Shown here: piece by piece, positions 51,863 to 63,960 of the stretch
How positions within the stretch are numbered: the stretch's first letter is position 1
How the letters are laid out: each line of letters opens with the position of its first letter
Assembly: GCF_009914755.1 (NCBI RefSeq)
Contig: NC_060946.1
Direction: 5' to 3' (one strand)
Length of the DNA: 64,000 nucleotides
DNA from: the human T2T-CHM13v2.0 reference genome, Homo sapiens
Translations under genes and position numbers: made by a program
The notes under the pieces: model-generated
The model's input: the letters and a program-made list of their open reading frames with translations, nothing else
Databases searched by the model: none
What the model was told of the DNA's origin: nothing

Positions 51863-52870
51863 GACAGGGACCACAAAGCAAGAATTTAGGGCCTGAAGAG
51901 TCTTCAGCATTGAAAATCTTCACTCAGAATCCCTGGTCCCTGCATTGAGAGCACTGGGTAGATCACTGAACTCCCCTGACAACACTGCAAAGTGCTGGGT
52001 ACCTACGATGCCACACCCTCTCCTCTGACCTCACAGTGTTAAAGTAAGGGGGCCCATAGTACACGATGTTACTGTCAGCATGCTATGTGTCGTGACTCAG
52101 CAACAGCACATTCACCAAAGGAGAAACCCCTCCGTCTCTCTATCTAGGCAGCCAGCCTTTTGACTTGTATTCGGGGATCTGGAGACTATCATTCCCTTAG
52201 GAATTAGGTTCACTAGAGGAGCATTCTGGTCACTATGGGACATTTTCCTCTGAATTTGAAAGTAAACAGCCCCTGAAAGCAACAGGAAGACATAATCAGA
52301 GAACTCAGCATTAAAAACCAATAATGAATAGTATCAATGTAATGCTTCCATTAGAAACCTCTACTTTTACCAAAATGATTTAAATGGGGTTGCTCAGAAC
52401 TGAGTCCTCTCCATCTCTGACAGCCCATGCTGGGTTGTGAAGGTGTGTGCTTATTGCTGAGGACTGGAAAGGGGGCATTTCTTGGAGCCTTGGAGCCCTG
52501 GGAGCGAGCCAGCCACCTCTCTCCAGATGACAGGCCTACCGGACACCACTCTCCTCCCCGAGCTGTATGTCAAAAGGCCATAAAGCTTGCAAATGCATGC
52601 AGACCGACTCGCCCCTTGAGTATCAGTGGCTCTTGGAAAATACAGAGAATAACTGGAACATCAACTAAAGTCCCCCATAATCCCAACACCAGAGACAGCC
52701 TGTGTTAAGAGTTTTTGGGTTTCCTTCTGTACTATTCTTGATGTATCTGGCAAAGGGACCTCAAAAGCAGGGAGTGTGCAGGGGAGGAAGCCTGGCTCCA
52801 CCACCCCCACACCAAAGGGAGCCTCAGGCTCCATGAGGAAGAGAGCTTTTCCTTTATAAAGCAAGGTCTT

Positions 52871-53141
52871 GGCCAGGTGCGGTGGCTCACGCCTATAATC
52901 CCAACACTTTGGGAGGCTGAGGCAGGCAGATCACTTGAGCTCAGGAGCTGGAGAACAGCCTGGGTAACATGGCGAACCCCTCTGTCTACAAAAAATACAA
53001 AAATTAGCTGGGCGTGGGTGGTGCATGCCTCAAGTCCCAGCTACTTGGGAGGTGGAGATTGCAGTGAGCTGAGCTCGCGCCACTGCATTCCAGCACCCCA
53101 GCCTGGGTAATAGAGTAAGACCCTGTCTCCAAAAAAAAAAA
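52871..53141 (+). mobile_element. Alu with internal deletion
   Basis: Alu consensus with poly(A). Confidence 0.85.
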
Positions 53142-53352
53142 GGTTGTGGTTGTGGCTTCCTCTTGCTGACTCACTCGTGGCAGTGCCCCCCAAGGCTTGC
53201 CCTATGGCTTCTCACAGAAGTGACAAGAGAAGCATCCCGGATGGGAACCCAGCCCTTCTCAGTCTAGCGTCCATCTGCTGCTGCCTACATAGAAATTTAC
53301 TATGTTTACACCAGGAAAATGATGCTTTAAACCCACAGAAGAAAAGCATGTA

Positions 53353-53498
53353 GGCCAGGAGCAGTGGCTCACACCTGAATCCCAGCACTTTGGGAGGCTG
53401 TGTGGGAGGGTTGCTTGAACCCAGGAGTTTAAAAAGACCATCTTGGGCAAAATGGTGAAACCCAATCTCTACAAAAAAAGTTAAAAAAAAATAAAAAA
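53353..53498 (+). mobile_element. FLAM/Alu left monomer
   Basis: Monomer with A-rich tail. Confidence 0.8.
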
Positions 53499-53702
53499 CC
53501 AAGTAATGCAACCTGTAAAGGATGCCAAGCTTCTAATCCAAGGGGATTCAGAACCCCTGTGAGGCACTGTAGCTCCCCACTTTACCTTCACAATACACGA
53601 CGTGTCTGAAAACACAAGGAGCCAGCCTTGAGCTGAGGTGGTCGGGGAAGGTCACCCACAAAACAGGTTAGACAGTGGGACCCCGAGCGAGAAGAAGCTT
53701 GC

Positions 53703-54007
<305 letters not shown>

Positions 54008-54039
54008 AGGAAAGAAGCATTTTTAAGGATTCTCTGTCG

Positions 54040-54470
54040 GGCCATGTCTGACAGCTCATCCATGTAACAGTGAGGTCAGACAGTGCCATCTTCTCAAGGG
54101 TGTCCACTTCTCTCAGTTTAAAATCCAAAGGCCTTCCCTGGCATCACAGCCCACAGATCTGCCCTGCCCCCTACCCCGCCCCGACCCCTCCGTGGCTGTT
54201 CCCTCGGCCTGGCACTTTCTCCTGCAAACATCCCAGTCTCTGTGGGCCTGTCCTGGCCCTGCTCCCACCCATCTGCTTCTGCCTGCCATGGTGCTCCCTG
54301 GCTTCCTAAGGCGTCCCTTAGACACTGTATTAGGTTTGTTCGTGTTCTCCCAGTAGAGTGCAAGCTCTAGGATGGTAGGAATTTAGTCTTTTGCTCACTG
54401 CTGCATCTCCAGTGCCTGGAACATTGCCTGACACATAACAGGTGTTCAAAAGAAACCTGTGGAGTGAATG
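54040..54470 (+). mobile_element. L2 3' end
   Basis: cactgctgcatctccagtgcctggaacattgcctgacaca...gagtgaatg. Confidence 0.65.
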
Positions 54471-54971
54471 GTTCCCGAGCCAGTCACTGGGCCCCTAAGT
54501 GGGGCAGGAGGGGAGTGGCTCACAGCCTCTTGTGTTCTATCAACAGATGCACCATTACAGGTACACAGCAATATGTCAGGAGTCACACCTGCACGTTACA
54601 AATGGTAAAAAAGGGAAATCGAGTGTCCTGCACTGACTGAGGCCCCTGCTATGTGCAGTCCTAGGTACCCATGGTCTCTCAGAGGTGGTTTCAATAGTAC
54701 TGTTTTCCTGCCAGTTTTGAGTACCCGTTGACAGAGGACAACACTGAAACCATTATCATCTTATGACTCTAATTTTAGTTTTCTTTAGCTCCTAATAACA
54801 CTTGACCTCCAATAATACTAGAGTCTAGCAGGTTCATGTTAAGGTAATGGGCACAAATGACAGAGATGAAATCACAGTGCAGAGGAAATGGCACAAAGCC
54901 ATTTGTACCATTTGGGAATCCTGCTAAACCACTGGAATCTAAGTTAATTTTTTTTTGGAAGAAAAAGAGAG

Positions 54972-55167
54972 ATCCTCTGCCTCAGTCCTCCTGAGTAACT
55001 GAGACTACAGGCATGCACCACCATGCCCGGCTAATTTTTTTTAATTTTTGTAGAGATGGGGTCTCCCTGTGTTGCCCAGGCTGGACTCAAACACCTGGCT
55101 TCAAGTGTTCCTCCCCCTCAGCCTCCCAAAGTGCTAGGATTACATGCGTGAGCCACTGTACCCAGCC
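54972..55167 (-). mobile_element. Partial AluJ-like
   Basis: Antisense Alu fragment. Confidence 0.8.
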
Positions 55168-55298
55168 TGAGTTAACTGTTTTAAGATAATATTTTAAGAA
55201 GACACTGAGATACTTTGCCCAACAGAAACCAGGAGGAAAAACAGAGATTTAAAAGATGGAATTCAAGAACCCATTTAAGTCAAGGATTCTCTGCCTAC

Positions 55299-55428
55299 CT
55301 AGAGCTGCCAGGAACTCGTGGCATCCCGGGAGCCGCCACAGCTGGACGCTGATGGAGACCTGAATGGGAGCTGATGCCAAGTCCTGCTCCTTCTCGCCAG
55401 CCTGGAGCTGAACCAGCACCTGGTGGAG
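55299..55428 (-). CDS. TTC28: TTC28 exon (~21, 130 nt): LHQVLVQLQAG...LPGCHEFLAAL-G
   Basis: Acceptor ccccttcctcag|CTC, donor TAG|gtaggc, phase 0 to 1. Confidence 0.92.
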
Positions 55429-55989
55429 CTGAGGAAGGGGGGACAGCGTGAGCACCCTGTGTCTCCTTCCCCTCCAGCCCACCTCAAGACTCGACCCATT
55501 ATTCTTATGTCACCTGTCACTGGCATCGCTAATGACCCTCTCATGAGTGTAGCATTTGAGATTCTTTTTCAGGTGCATTCATACCTACTGTCCTGCTGTC
55601 CTCTCTGTGGGAAGCTCATGGGGCATTGGGGCAAGAGGCTGTGTGGCCTCCTGGGGCCGGGGCCGGGTTCTGCTTCCAGCCTTGTGTCTTCCCTCAGGCG
55701 TGGGAGAGCCTCACAGGAGAGGCCATGGAGAGTAGAAGGGGTGAGTTAGGGGACCGGCCACCTCCCACTTTCTTAAGTCATCTTTAGGACCTTGAGGTGG
55801 ATGGCGAAGTGGAACCCGGTTACATCTTAGAGCCTCACAGCTCGAGGAATTACCCACTCAAGTGTCCATTTCCTTTCAGATTTCAGGGTCTGTGGCCTCT
55901 CCTCAGGGGTCTGTGTGTGGGTTCACAGAGTGACACTCACTGAAAGCTGGTTCTGCCCCTGCTGTCTGGTGGACCTCAGGAGGTCAAAT

Positions 55990-56530
55990 CAAGGACGCAA
56001 GAAGGGCGGAGCAGGAAGAGGGGAGGCAGAGCAGAGAAGGGGACGGGCCGCCGGTCCAGCAGCAGTGCGCACCCGCGGGGGCGCCGCAGCCCGTGTGGCT
56101 CCGTTTGACAGCACGTGCACCCCGAGCTCAGAGCCTGCCCAGGGGAACTCGGGGGTGGGTGGGTTGAGGGGCTCACCTGACAACAGTTGCTACTTAAAGT
56201 AGTACTCACCATTCCAACCATATTTTTAACAGCCTTCGGCCAGCAGATTATAAGAAAAAGAAAGAAAGAGAGAAAGAAGAGAGTTTAGACTCAAGCACAG
56301 GCTGTTATGCAACATGAGCTGATCACTGTTTAGGAAGCGCCACACCAGGCCCGCGGCTCTGACTGGGAGGGGAGAGGAGCAAGAGTCAGCAGGGGACACA
56401 CAGGAGAACGGACAGCCACACCCAGGCCAGCCGCGTGCGGATCCAGGGGCTCAGGGGCAGCATCAGCCAGGCCTCCCTTCCCAGCCAGTAGAGGCTCGGG
56501 AGGGAAAGAGCACAGCGGGCGTTTGTAGCC
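55990..56530. promoter_or_regulatory. Intragenic CpG-rich patches flanking the microexon
   Basis: Dense CpG at ~55995-56150 and ~56335-56525. Confidence 0.45.
56210..56233 (-). CDS. TTC28: TTC28 24-nt microexon (~20): AVKNMVGM
   Basis: Long pyrimidine tract, then ataatctgctggccgaag|GCTGTTAAAAATATGGTTGGAATG|gtgagt; phase 0-0, frame-preserving. Confidence 0.85.
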
Positions 56531-57658
56531 AGCTCAGGAAACCAAAGTCCCTGGTTCCTGAGTGAGCCAGGAAAGGTCCACCAGCTGCCACCACTGGGGG
56601 CAGCCTCGGGACATGTCCCTAGGGCCCAACAGCGTATCAGGCAGAAAGTCCCTGTGCTCCCATCAAAAGCAAGAAATTAAGCAACTGGCTTTTTGGCCTC
56701 TCAGCACAGCCTTGCAAATGGAGTATAATTTTGGCTTTCAGATTTTGTAGAACACAGACCTCTAGACCGCCTGGGTTCAGGATGCTTTAATATGCAGTGT
56801 TCTGGAAGTGTCTTCCTGATGCTATTCAACGAGCAGGCGTTAATACACTTATTACAAAATGAGCAGGGACTCAGCCAAGGGGACAGGTCACTGTTGGTTC
56901 TAAGTTCCAAATCCAGGTGGAAACAGCCCTAGGTAGCACTCAGTGTGTTTCAGAGGCTAATAGTAGATGGAGCAGCTTTATTTCTCCATAGAAATATTTC
57001 CACTTCAGTGAAATTTGCTGGCAAATATCTCTAATAACAACATATATTACTTTTTCAAATTGTTACACTCCAAAATGGCCAGAAAAGCAACTCTGTGCTC
57101 TTCAAGGGCTGCTCCAGCCTCCAGAAGTGCTCCCACAGCTGTCCCCCCAGGGGCTTGGTCCAGACCCTCACTGGCCAGAACGCAGTGGTGCAGCATGGGT
57201 ACTGAGAAGCTCCCAGGCCAAGCTGCAAAGGACCTACATGATGCTAAGAACTGGAACCCGCCGAACTCCTGAACTAGATCTGTATTTTCCTAAAAGAAAG
57301 CACATCTGCTAAGCAGTGTCTTGCATGAGAGTTGCTCCTGGGTTCACTGCTTTGCCTTGGTGACTATCTTGTTTCAGGCATGGTTAAGTACTTTGATCAA
57401 AGAAGCGTGGGAACACCTGCAGCCATCCTGGTGGGCTGGCCCCACACCTGGTGGCTTGGGGAGGGTGGCTGTAACACTCGTCAATCAGCTGAAAAAGTGG
57501 GTGGTGAGGAGGACAAGGTTCAGGAGACCACCGAGTGGAGATTTCAGGAAATGCCCTGAGACCACAGGTGACAGGGGCCCCATAAGCATCCTCTGAAGGC
57601 CCTGGATGCTCAGCACATATGAGAACACTATGCAAACCTGCCCCTCTGTGCCCCTCTG

Positions 57659-58534
57659 AGTCAAGCACCCAGCTTCACCCTGGGGTTGGCCGCACAGCTT
57701 CATCAGGGCCACAGCTGCCCATGACAATGCCAATAGCAGCCAGTGTCTGCTGGTACGACCTCCCATCATGCCGGTAAGGGGCAGTGCCGCTGGCACGGAT
57801 GCCTTGGCATCACAGATGGAAACAGCAGGTAAACAGCACTTGCCAGGCAGGGCTATTCTCTTACTCCCGGCCCTCACCTTCTCCTTTGAATCACAAAGGC
57901 GGTGAGACTGCATTCACTTACAGGTTCCTATTTAGGGCCAAGTTGCTCTGCCTTTCCAAATCAGCATGGGCCTCAGGCCCTGGCTCAGCCCTCCAGGCTC
58001 GACTTACCCGGCTGATGAGCTGCTCGCCCGTCTCGGAGGCAGTGATGAGTTTGCAAAGGGCTTGGAGGGCAGGATTGGGCAGACCTAAACCAAGAAAAAA
58101 GGGTAGAAGTTATTCAGAAGGGCCTCTGCACCCAAAAGCCTGCCACCTTCCCAGGGGAAAGAACCCTAAATCCTTGGCATCGGTGGCATTTTTCAGAAGC
58201 TCAGCACAGCTAGACATGTGTGTCTGTGTGTGCCTTGGAAAAGGACAGCGTGGTCTCCCAGGAAGGTGGGTGGAAGTGGGTTGAGTCCTGACCCTGCCGC
58301 AGTCCTCTAGGCGTGGCCACACTCCCAGGACCCAGGCAGCACCACCCCTAGTCAAGCACCCAGCTTCACCCTGGGGTTGGCCGCACAGCTTCATCGGGGC
58401 CACAGCTGCTGATGACAATGGCAGTAGTGGCCAGTGTCTGCCGGCACGACCTCCCATCATCCCGGGAAGGGGCAGCGCCAGTGGGGCGCAGATGCCTGCC
58501 ATCACAGATGGAAACAGCAGGTAAATGGCACTTG
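57659..58534. repeat. Direct repeat pair of ~185 bp (57659-57842 and 58350-58534) flanking the 77-nt TTC28 exon
   Basis: First ~45 bp identical (agtcaagcacccagcttcaccctggggttggccgcacagcttcatc), remainder clearly homologous. Confidence 0.92.
58008..58084 (-). CDS. TTC28: TTC28 exon (~19, 77 nt): GLPNPALQALCKLITASETGEQLISR
   Basis: Acceptor ttttttcttggtttag|GT, donor CGG|gtaagt, phase 1 to 0; not in the ORF track. Confidence 0.9.
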
Positions 58535-58707
58535 TTTCCTCCAGGTGTGGAGATGCTTGTATCTGGGACCCCCTGCCATTTCTCAGGACACCCTCCTGCT
58601 CCTAGCTGGGAGATCCAGCATCCTCATGAATGCGGGGCCCAAGGCCACCAACTGTTCCACCTGCTGTCAGCCAGGCCTGTTGCCCCAGCCCTACACCCAC
58701 AGCTCAC

Positions 58708-58939
58708 CCAGCAGGGACTGGAGTGTGCTGCTGCACTGCTGGAGCCGGTCGCCCGGGTCGGAGGTTGGGAAGAAGACAGCCGCTGGCAGGCCACTGGTTG
58801 GGGGGTCCAGCCGGAAGCCCACAGCGGTGAGGAGGGCCTGCCAGCCAGGGATGCCGCCCACTTTGTTCTCCACACTCTGCTGGGATGTGTACATGGCATT
58901 GCGCTGCCCATTCTGGATGCGCTGCAGGGATTTCTCCAC
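58708..58939 (-). CDS. TTC28: TTC28 exon (~18, 232 nt): VEKSLQRIQNGQ...STLQSLL-G
   Basis: Acceptor ttccccctcag|GTG, donor TGG|gtgagc, phase 0 to 1. Confidence 0.93.
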
Positions 58940-59579
58940 CTGAGGGGGAATTGGGGGTGAGTCAGAGACCCAGGCCAGCCCTGGTTTCCATCCGCATGGC
59001 TTTGAGGGTACACAAAGCCCCAGGGTGAAGCCAGGCTGACTGCTGCAACCCCACATAGCCCACGTGGCCAGGCCTGAGGATGTGACACTGGGGCACTGAC
59101 TAGGCATCTTGCAAGGGAGGGCACAGAAGGGAAGGATTTTACCATCAGAGCCCTCGAGGGCTGGTACAACAGAAGGATTCTGTCCCTCCCCTAAACCAAC
59201 CCCTTCCACACTCTCCGCAGACAGTAAAGCAATGTGTCTGAACACACAGGTCAGGGGCCTGCCTCAACCATGTAATGGCTCCTGCCCACTAGGATAAACC
59301 CTCAGGCCCTTCAGGAACCCCCTCACTGCCCACAGCCCAGCCCCATCATGGGGTCTTGGCTGGCAATGCCCTTCTTCCCCATTCTTCCCACTCAGCCTTG
59401 GTCCCTCCGCACTGGCTTCTGGAGCCTATACCTCCCTCCACCGGGAAGTGCCCTCATGTCATCCAGGGCCTGAACAGGTGCCTGGCACTTCTACGCTGAA
59501 GTCACCCAAGTCACTGCTGCATGAACTACATGAGTGAGTGTTTTAACAGTAGTACAGGGCCTCAAGGCTAAGTGGCGGC

Positions 59580-59702
59580 AGCTGAGAGGCGTGGTGGCTC
59601 ACGCCTGTAATCCTAACACTTTGGGAGGCCAAGACGGGCAGATCACTTGAGTCCAGGAGTTCAAGACAAGCCAGAGCAACATAGCGAGACCCCAGCTCTA
59701 CA
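59580..59702 (+). mobile_element. FLAM/Alu left monomer
   Basis: Alu left-arm consensus. Confidence 0.8.
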
Positions 59703-61059
59703 CCCCACCCCCTAAAAACACACCCAAAAACAGTAGTGCAAACAGCTTTCATCAGGCCTCCCTGGGCCTCTCTCTAGTGGAAACCCCTGTCCACTCTGGG
59801 ATGTTGGGTGCCCTATGAGGCACATGTGCCCTCACCGGAGGGGCATGAGTGGTCCAAGATGTCACCTGAGGTTTTTTTTTTTTTTTTTTACAGTAAACAC
59901 TGGGATGCCGGAGCTCAGGCATCCCAGACAGGAGGAAGTGTGTACTCACACCAGCCAGGAGGAAACAAGCCTGCCTGGGAGGACAGACGATCAGCCCTGG
60001 CTGTCCCTCAGGAGCGGGGGGCCTCCAAGGCACACTGCCCACTGGGTCAAGGAGTATCCAGGAGGAGTTAGAAGGTAGGGGCTGGGGAACTTGACCCATG
60101 GCCCCCACACCCACCCCAGAAGATAATACCAAGGAAAAAGAGGAAACCCTTAAGTGGGCCTGAGGGGCCTCAAGGCCATGTAGGGGCAGCTGAGAGGCCT
60201 GGCCTGGGAGGAGGTGACTAATGGGTAGAGAAGGCAGTTCCATTTCCCCAAAAAAGCAGTGTGTAGTGGCAGCAAGGACGGAGGGACTTCGGGGGTGACG
60301 GGACCCGAGAACTGAAAGGCTCCAGACAGTTTCCAGATACAGGGTAACAGTGGAGAGGGCCTCCCAGCACCCTGGGTGTTGGCCTCCTCGAGCCAACTGG
60401 GGGCACGCTGGGGGCTTGCTGGTCACAGTGTTCACATACTGACTACTTTCAGGCCTGAGGAGACCCTAAGCTTCAGAAATATGTGTGACTCTATCCTCAG
60501 AAGTGCATGTAGAGCTACCATGCCCAGGCCCAGGTGCCAGGGTTCTAGAGGGCCCTGTTCAGGCCCAACCCACGGGCAAGAAGTTTGCATGGCCCAGGAG
60601 ACATGCTCACTCCCAGGCTGCATCGACGCTGCCCCCGGTCCTCCATCTTAACCATGGATGGAGCTAGGCTGTGCAGCAACCAGCCTGCAAGGAGGCCCTG
60701 GGGTCCGTGGCAGATTTGGAAGGAGCTTGGCTGTGGCATAACTGTTCACCCACGCTGCATGGGCCCCAGGCTGGCACTGGGCTAGGAAGATGTGGGGTGG
60801 GCCAGGGCTGGTCTTTCTGGCACAGCACTCTAAATGATTTGAAACGGCCTTCCAGGTTGTTCCCGAGGTAGAAGGATGAAACAAGTTTGATGTCACTGCT
60901 TCTTGACTCAGTTGATAACTTTACACATGTAGCTGTGGGCCCTCCATTTGTGCTCTCACCTGGGCTCCACAGATGTTGGGGCAGGCTGATCAAGGGCATG
61001 ATCAGACTTGGACTCAGGGGCAGACTGGTATCATCTGGTGGTAAAATAGGACTCTGCGC

Positions 61060-61195
61060 CAAGTACTCACATTTTCTCAAATCCTCACGATAACCTTGAA
61101 CTGTTCAACTTTTATCACCCCTTCCAGATGAGAACACTGAGGCTCGGAGAGCCAAAGTGACTTGCCCAAAGCCACATGGCCTGGAAGCTGCTAGG
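61060..61195 (-). mobile_element. MIR
   Basis: cagatgagaacactgaggctcggagag...gtgacttgcccaaagccacatggc core. Confidence 0.7.
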
Positions 61196-61555
61196 TTGTG
61201 GGTCACTGTCGTCGGCTGGCCTTCCCCCAGGGTCCTGGCGAGTACTGCTACAGCCACCTGTATGGCACCACACACCATGCCCACCCCTCAGGCCAGCGGG
61301 CTCATCCCGGGGACGTCTGCAGAAGCACCCTGGGGATACTGCCCACTTTGTGCATCACGCTTTGCTGGGACATGGGTCTCCCAGCAGGCTTATCCCAGGG
61401 ACGTCTGTGGAAGCCGGTCAGTGCCATCCTGGACACGGCCCCAATCACGGTGTCCTCTCCAACTGCTCACATCCCCGTGTAGGGAAACCCTTGCCTTCCC
61501 CTTCTCTCACAGCACTGCCAGCTCTCGTTGAGTGCAGGGTGCCCGACCCCCTTAC

Positions 61556-61680
61556 CAGGTGCAGCAGCACTCGCAGGGCGTCCCGCGCACGCTCCGGGTG
61601 CTGCAGGATCTCTGTGAGGGCCTGGCCGATGAGTGATGAGGGGCTGTTCAGCTTAACGTCACTCCCGATGAGCATGAACC
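61556..61680 (-). CDS. TTC28: TTC28 exon (~17, 125 nt): GFMLIGSDVKLNSPSSLIGQALTEILQHPERARDALRVLLHL
   Basis: Acceptor ttgctttctgcag|GG, donor CTG|gtaagg, phase 1 to 0. Confidence 0.93.
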
Positions 61681-63529
61681 CTGCAGAAAGCAAAGGAGGG
61701 CACCTCAGCAGGGCAGCTGGAGACCCCCAGCCCCACCCCGGCTTCCAGGGCTCACTTACGCCTCGAGGTTAACCCAGCAGAAAGAGCAGGGCCTGGCAGG
61801 GGAGCAGCTCACAGGCTGGCCTGGGGCATCTGACTCACTGGATGGTGATGTGGCACCCTTTTGTCCCCTTCCTTTTAAGAATCAATATTGTTCAGCTGTT
61901 CAGGTTAGTGGGGCCTGCTATTTTGCAGAAAGGAGCCGAGGGAAGTGCAGTAGGAAAACCTGCCTTGTTTTCTCTGAAATTCATCTTTGTCTATCCTTAG
62001 GCCTTTAGGGGGGAACACGTCAGGGGAGGGGAGGTGTGCTCATCTCCTCCTTGCCATGGGGGCCATGGGGAGGTGGGGAGCGGCTACTCCTCCAGTTCTA
62101 AACCAGCAAACCAAGTTCGGCTGGGAAAGACCAACTGGGCTGAGGAGCACCGCATCCCACCGTTCCTTTCCACACTCCCTTCCGAAACAGGGCCTGGGGG
62201 AGCAGGTTCTCAAGCCCACAGGCAACTTTAGGACCAACCTGCCCCCAGATCATGTAGGGAAAGGGTTTTCTAAGATAATGAGCTGTTTTTAAAGGTAACA
62301 AGAGAGCATCACTAAAAATGGTTTCATCCAGAACAAAGTTGTGACTTATCTATCAACAAAACTAAACAAACAAAGATCCTTTTCAAAATGCCATGCCCGT
62401 AAGCACACTGGGCAGACCTGCAGAGACAGGAAAGGGGCCAGGTCCCCACAAGCCCTGCAGTAGGTTTTGTGGGATGCTGTGGGGCCCAAAGCCCCTTCTG
62501 ACTGCCAGGAGCAGGTTGCATAGGACTTGTGTGATGAGGACAATAATGGAAACCACAGGGGTCACCTCTACTTTCTGCGTCTCCTAAGCGCAGGAGGAGA
62601 GGCAGGTGAGCAGCCCTCCGTGCCTGCTTGTGCATGCTTCGCCTGGCAGAACCAAGGGACGGCCGTGAGGTGACTAGGCAGGGCAGGGTATATGCCTGTC
62701 GGACCAACTAAATGCTTCTTTTCAGCCATATGAAGAAACAGGAACAATTCTATTTTGTTTTTTGAATAGCTCTGTGAAAAATACTACAGTTGTGTTTGTA
62801 AAGTAAGCAAAATGTTTTCATCTTTCAACAGCATGACCCATCTGCCTGGCACCAGCACCTGGGGCTGCCAGGCAGCCACCCCTGCAGCTGTGTTGACAGG
62901 ACCTGGCAGAGGGACTGACCCACCTTTGGAAAATGACACCAGCAATATCAGGATGTGTCAACTGGATTTATGTTAAGAAAATAGGATTTTTGGTGTTCCT
63001 CTGTTTCCCAAAGTTTGAGACACTTTCAGACACTCTGCTTTGCGGTTGTGGCCGATGTTACCCATGGGTGGGACTTTTGCTTTGCTCTAGATTTTTGTAA
63101 CACCCTGGGGAGTTTCAGGGGCCAATGCTGAGAGAAGACCACAGGCTGACACATCATGAGGTATGTTGGTAAAACAGTCCCGGCTGGCCGAGAGGCCACT
63201 GAGGGAACAGGCCCAGGGTTTGGTTTGTACTCTGTGAGTCTTGGCCTGGCAGGGTTTCCTGCAAAGCAGAGTCCTCTGAGTGGGACCCCAGGGGAAGCAG
63301 GTTGTTGCCTGGAGCTGAGGGGCAGCTCTGTATTCAGGAGGGGTGCCTGCCTTCCCATCTCCCCTGTGACCAGATGTCACAGAAACATTCTCTCTTTACT
63401 CCCTAGACCCTCTGGGCAGGTCCACTAAGAGCATGTATTCTAGAACATGCAGGGCTTGAAGCTTCACAAGATATTCAGTGCACTCCTTACAGATCCTGTC
63501 AAATGTGGACCGGGTGGTGTCATCGCACC

Positions 63530-63640
63530 ACCATCATCCCCTTGTTACCCCTGAGAACACAGCTTCAGAGAGGGTAAGTAACCTATCTCAGGCCACACAG
63601 CCAGGACATGGAGTAGATCCATCCTAAGTCTTTCTACCAC
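63530..63640 (-). mobile_element. MIR fragment
   Basis: cagagagggtaagtaacctatctcaggccacacagcc. Confidence 0.55.
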
Positions 63641-63960
63641 ACACTCCTTTCTACAGTCATGGGTTAAATGAGGGTGCCATGGAATGGGTCATCCAGTGTA
63701 CACTGACATCAGGAGGAGTTTCACATTCATACACTCATGGCAAATGGTTCTGTTGCTCCCTGGTCCAAAGATGATCTTAATAGTAGGAAAAACTCATTTG
63801 GCAGAAGCAAGACTCAGCACACAGGCTCTCTCCCTGAGTCTTCTGTGGCTGGCCTTGCCCTGCCCTCCCCTCCCCAACCCCACTGGCAGAATAAAGTCGG
63901 GGGGCTGTGAGGACTGAGCCCCAGGCCTTGACAGGCACCCGCAGCCAGCCGAACTCCCAC

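Noticed and set aside
59752-60435. 227-aa ORF on - (also 49785-50390, 201 aa)
   Set aside because: GC-rich intronic or L2-derived sequence, runs through a homopolymer, no recognisable domain, and the flanking exons already join in phase
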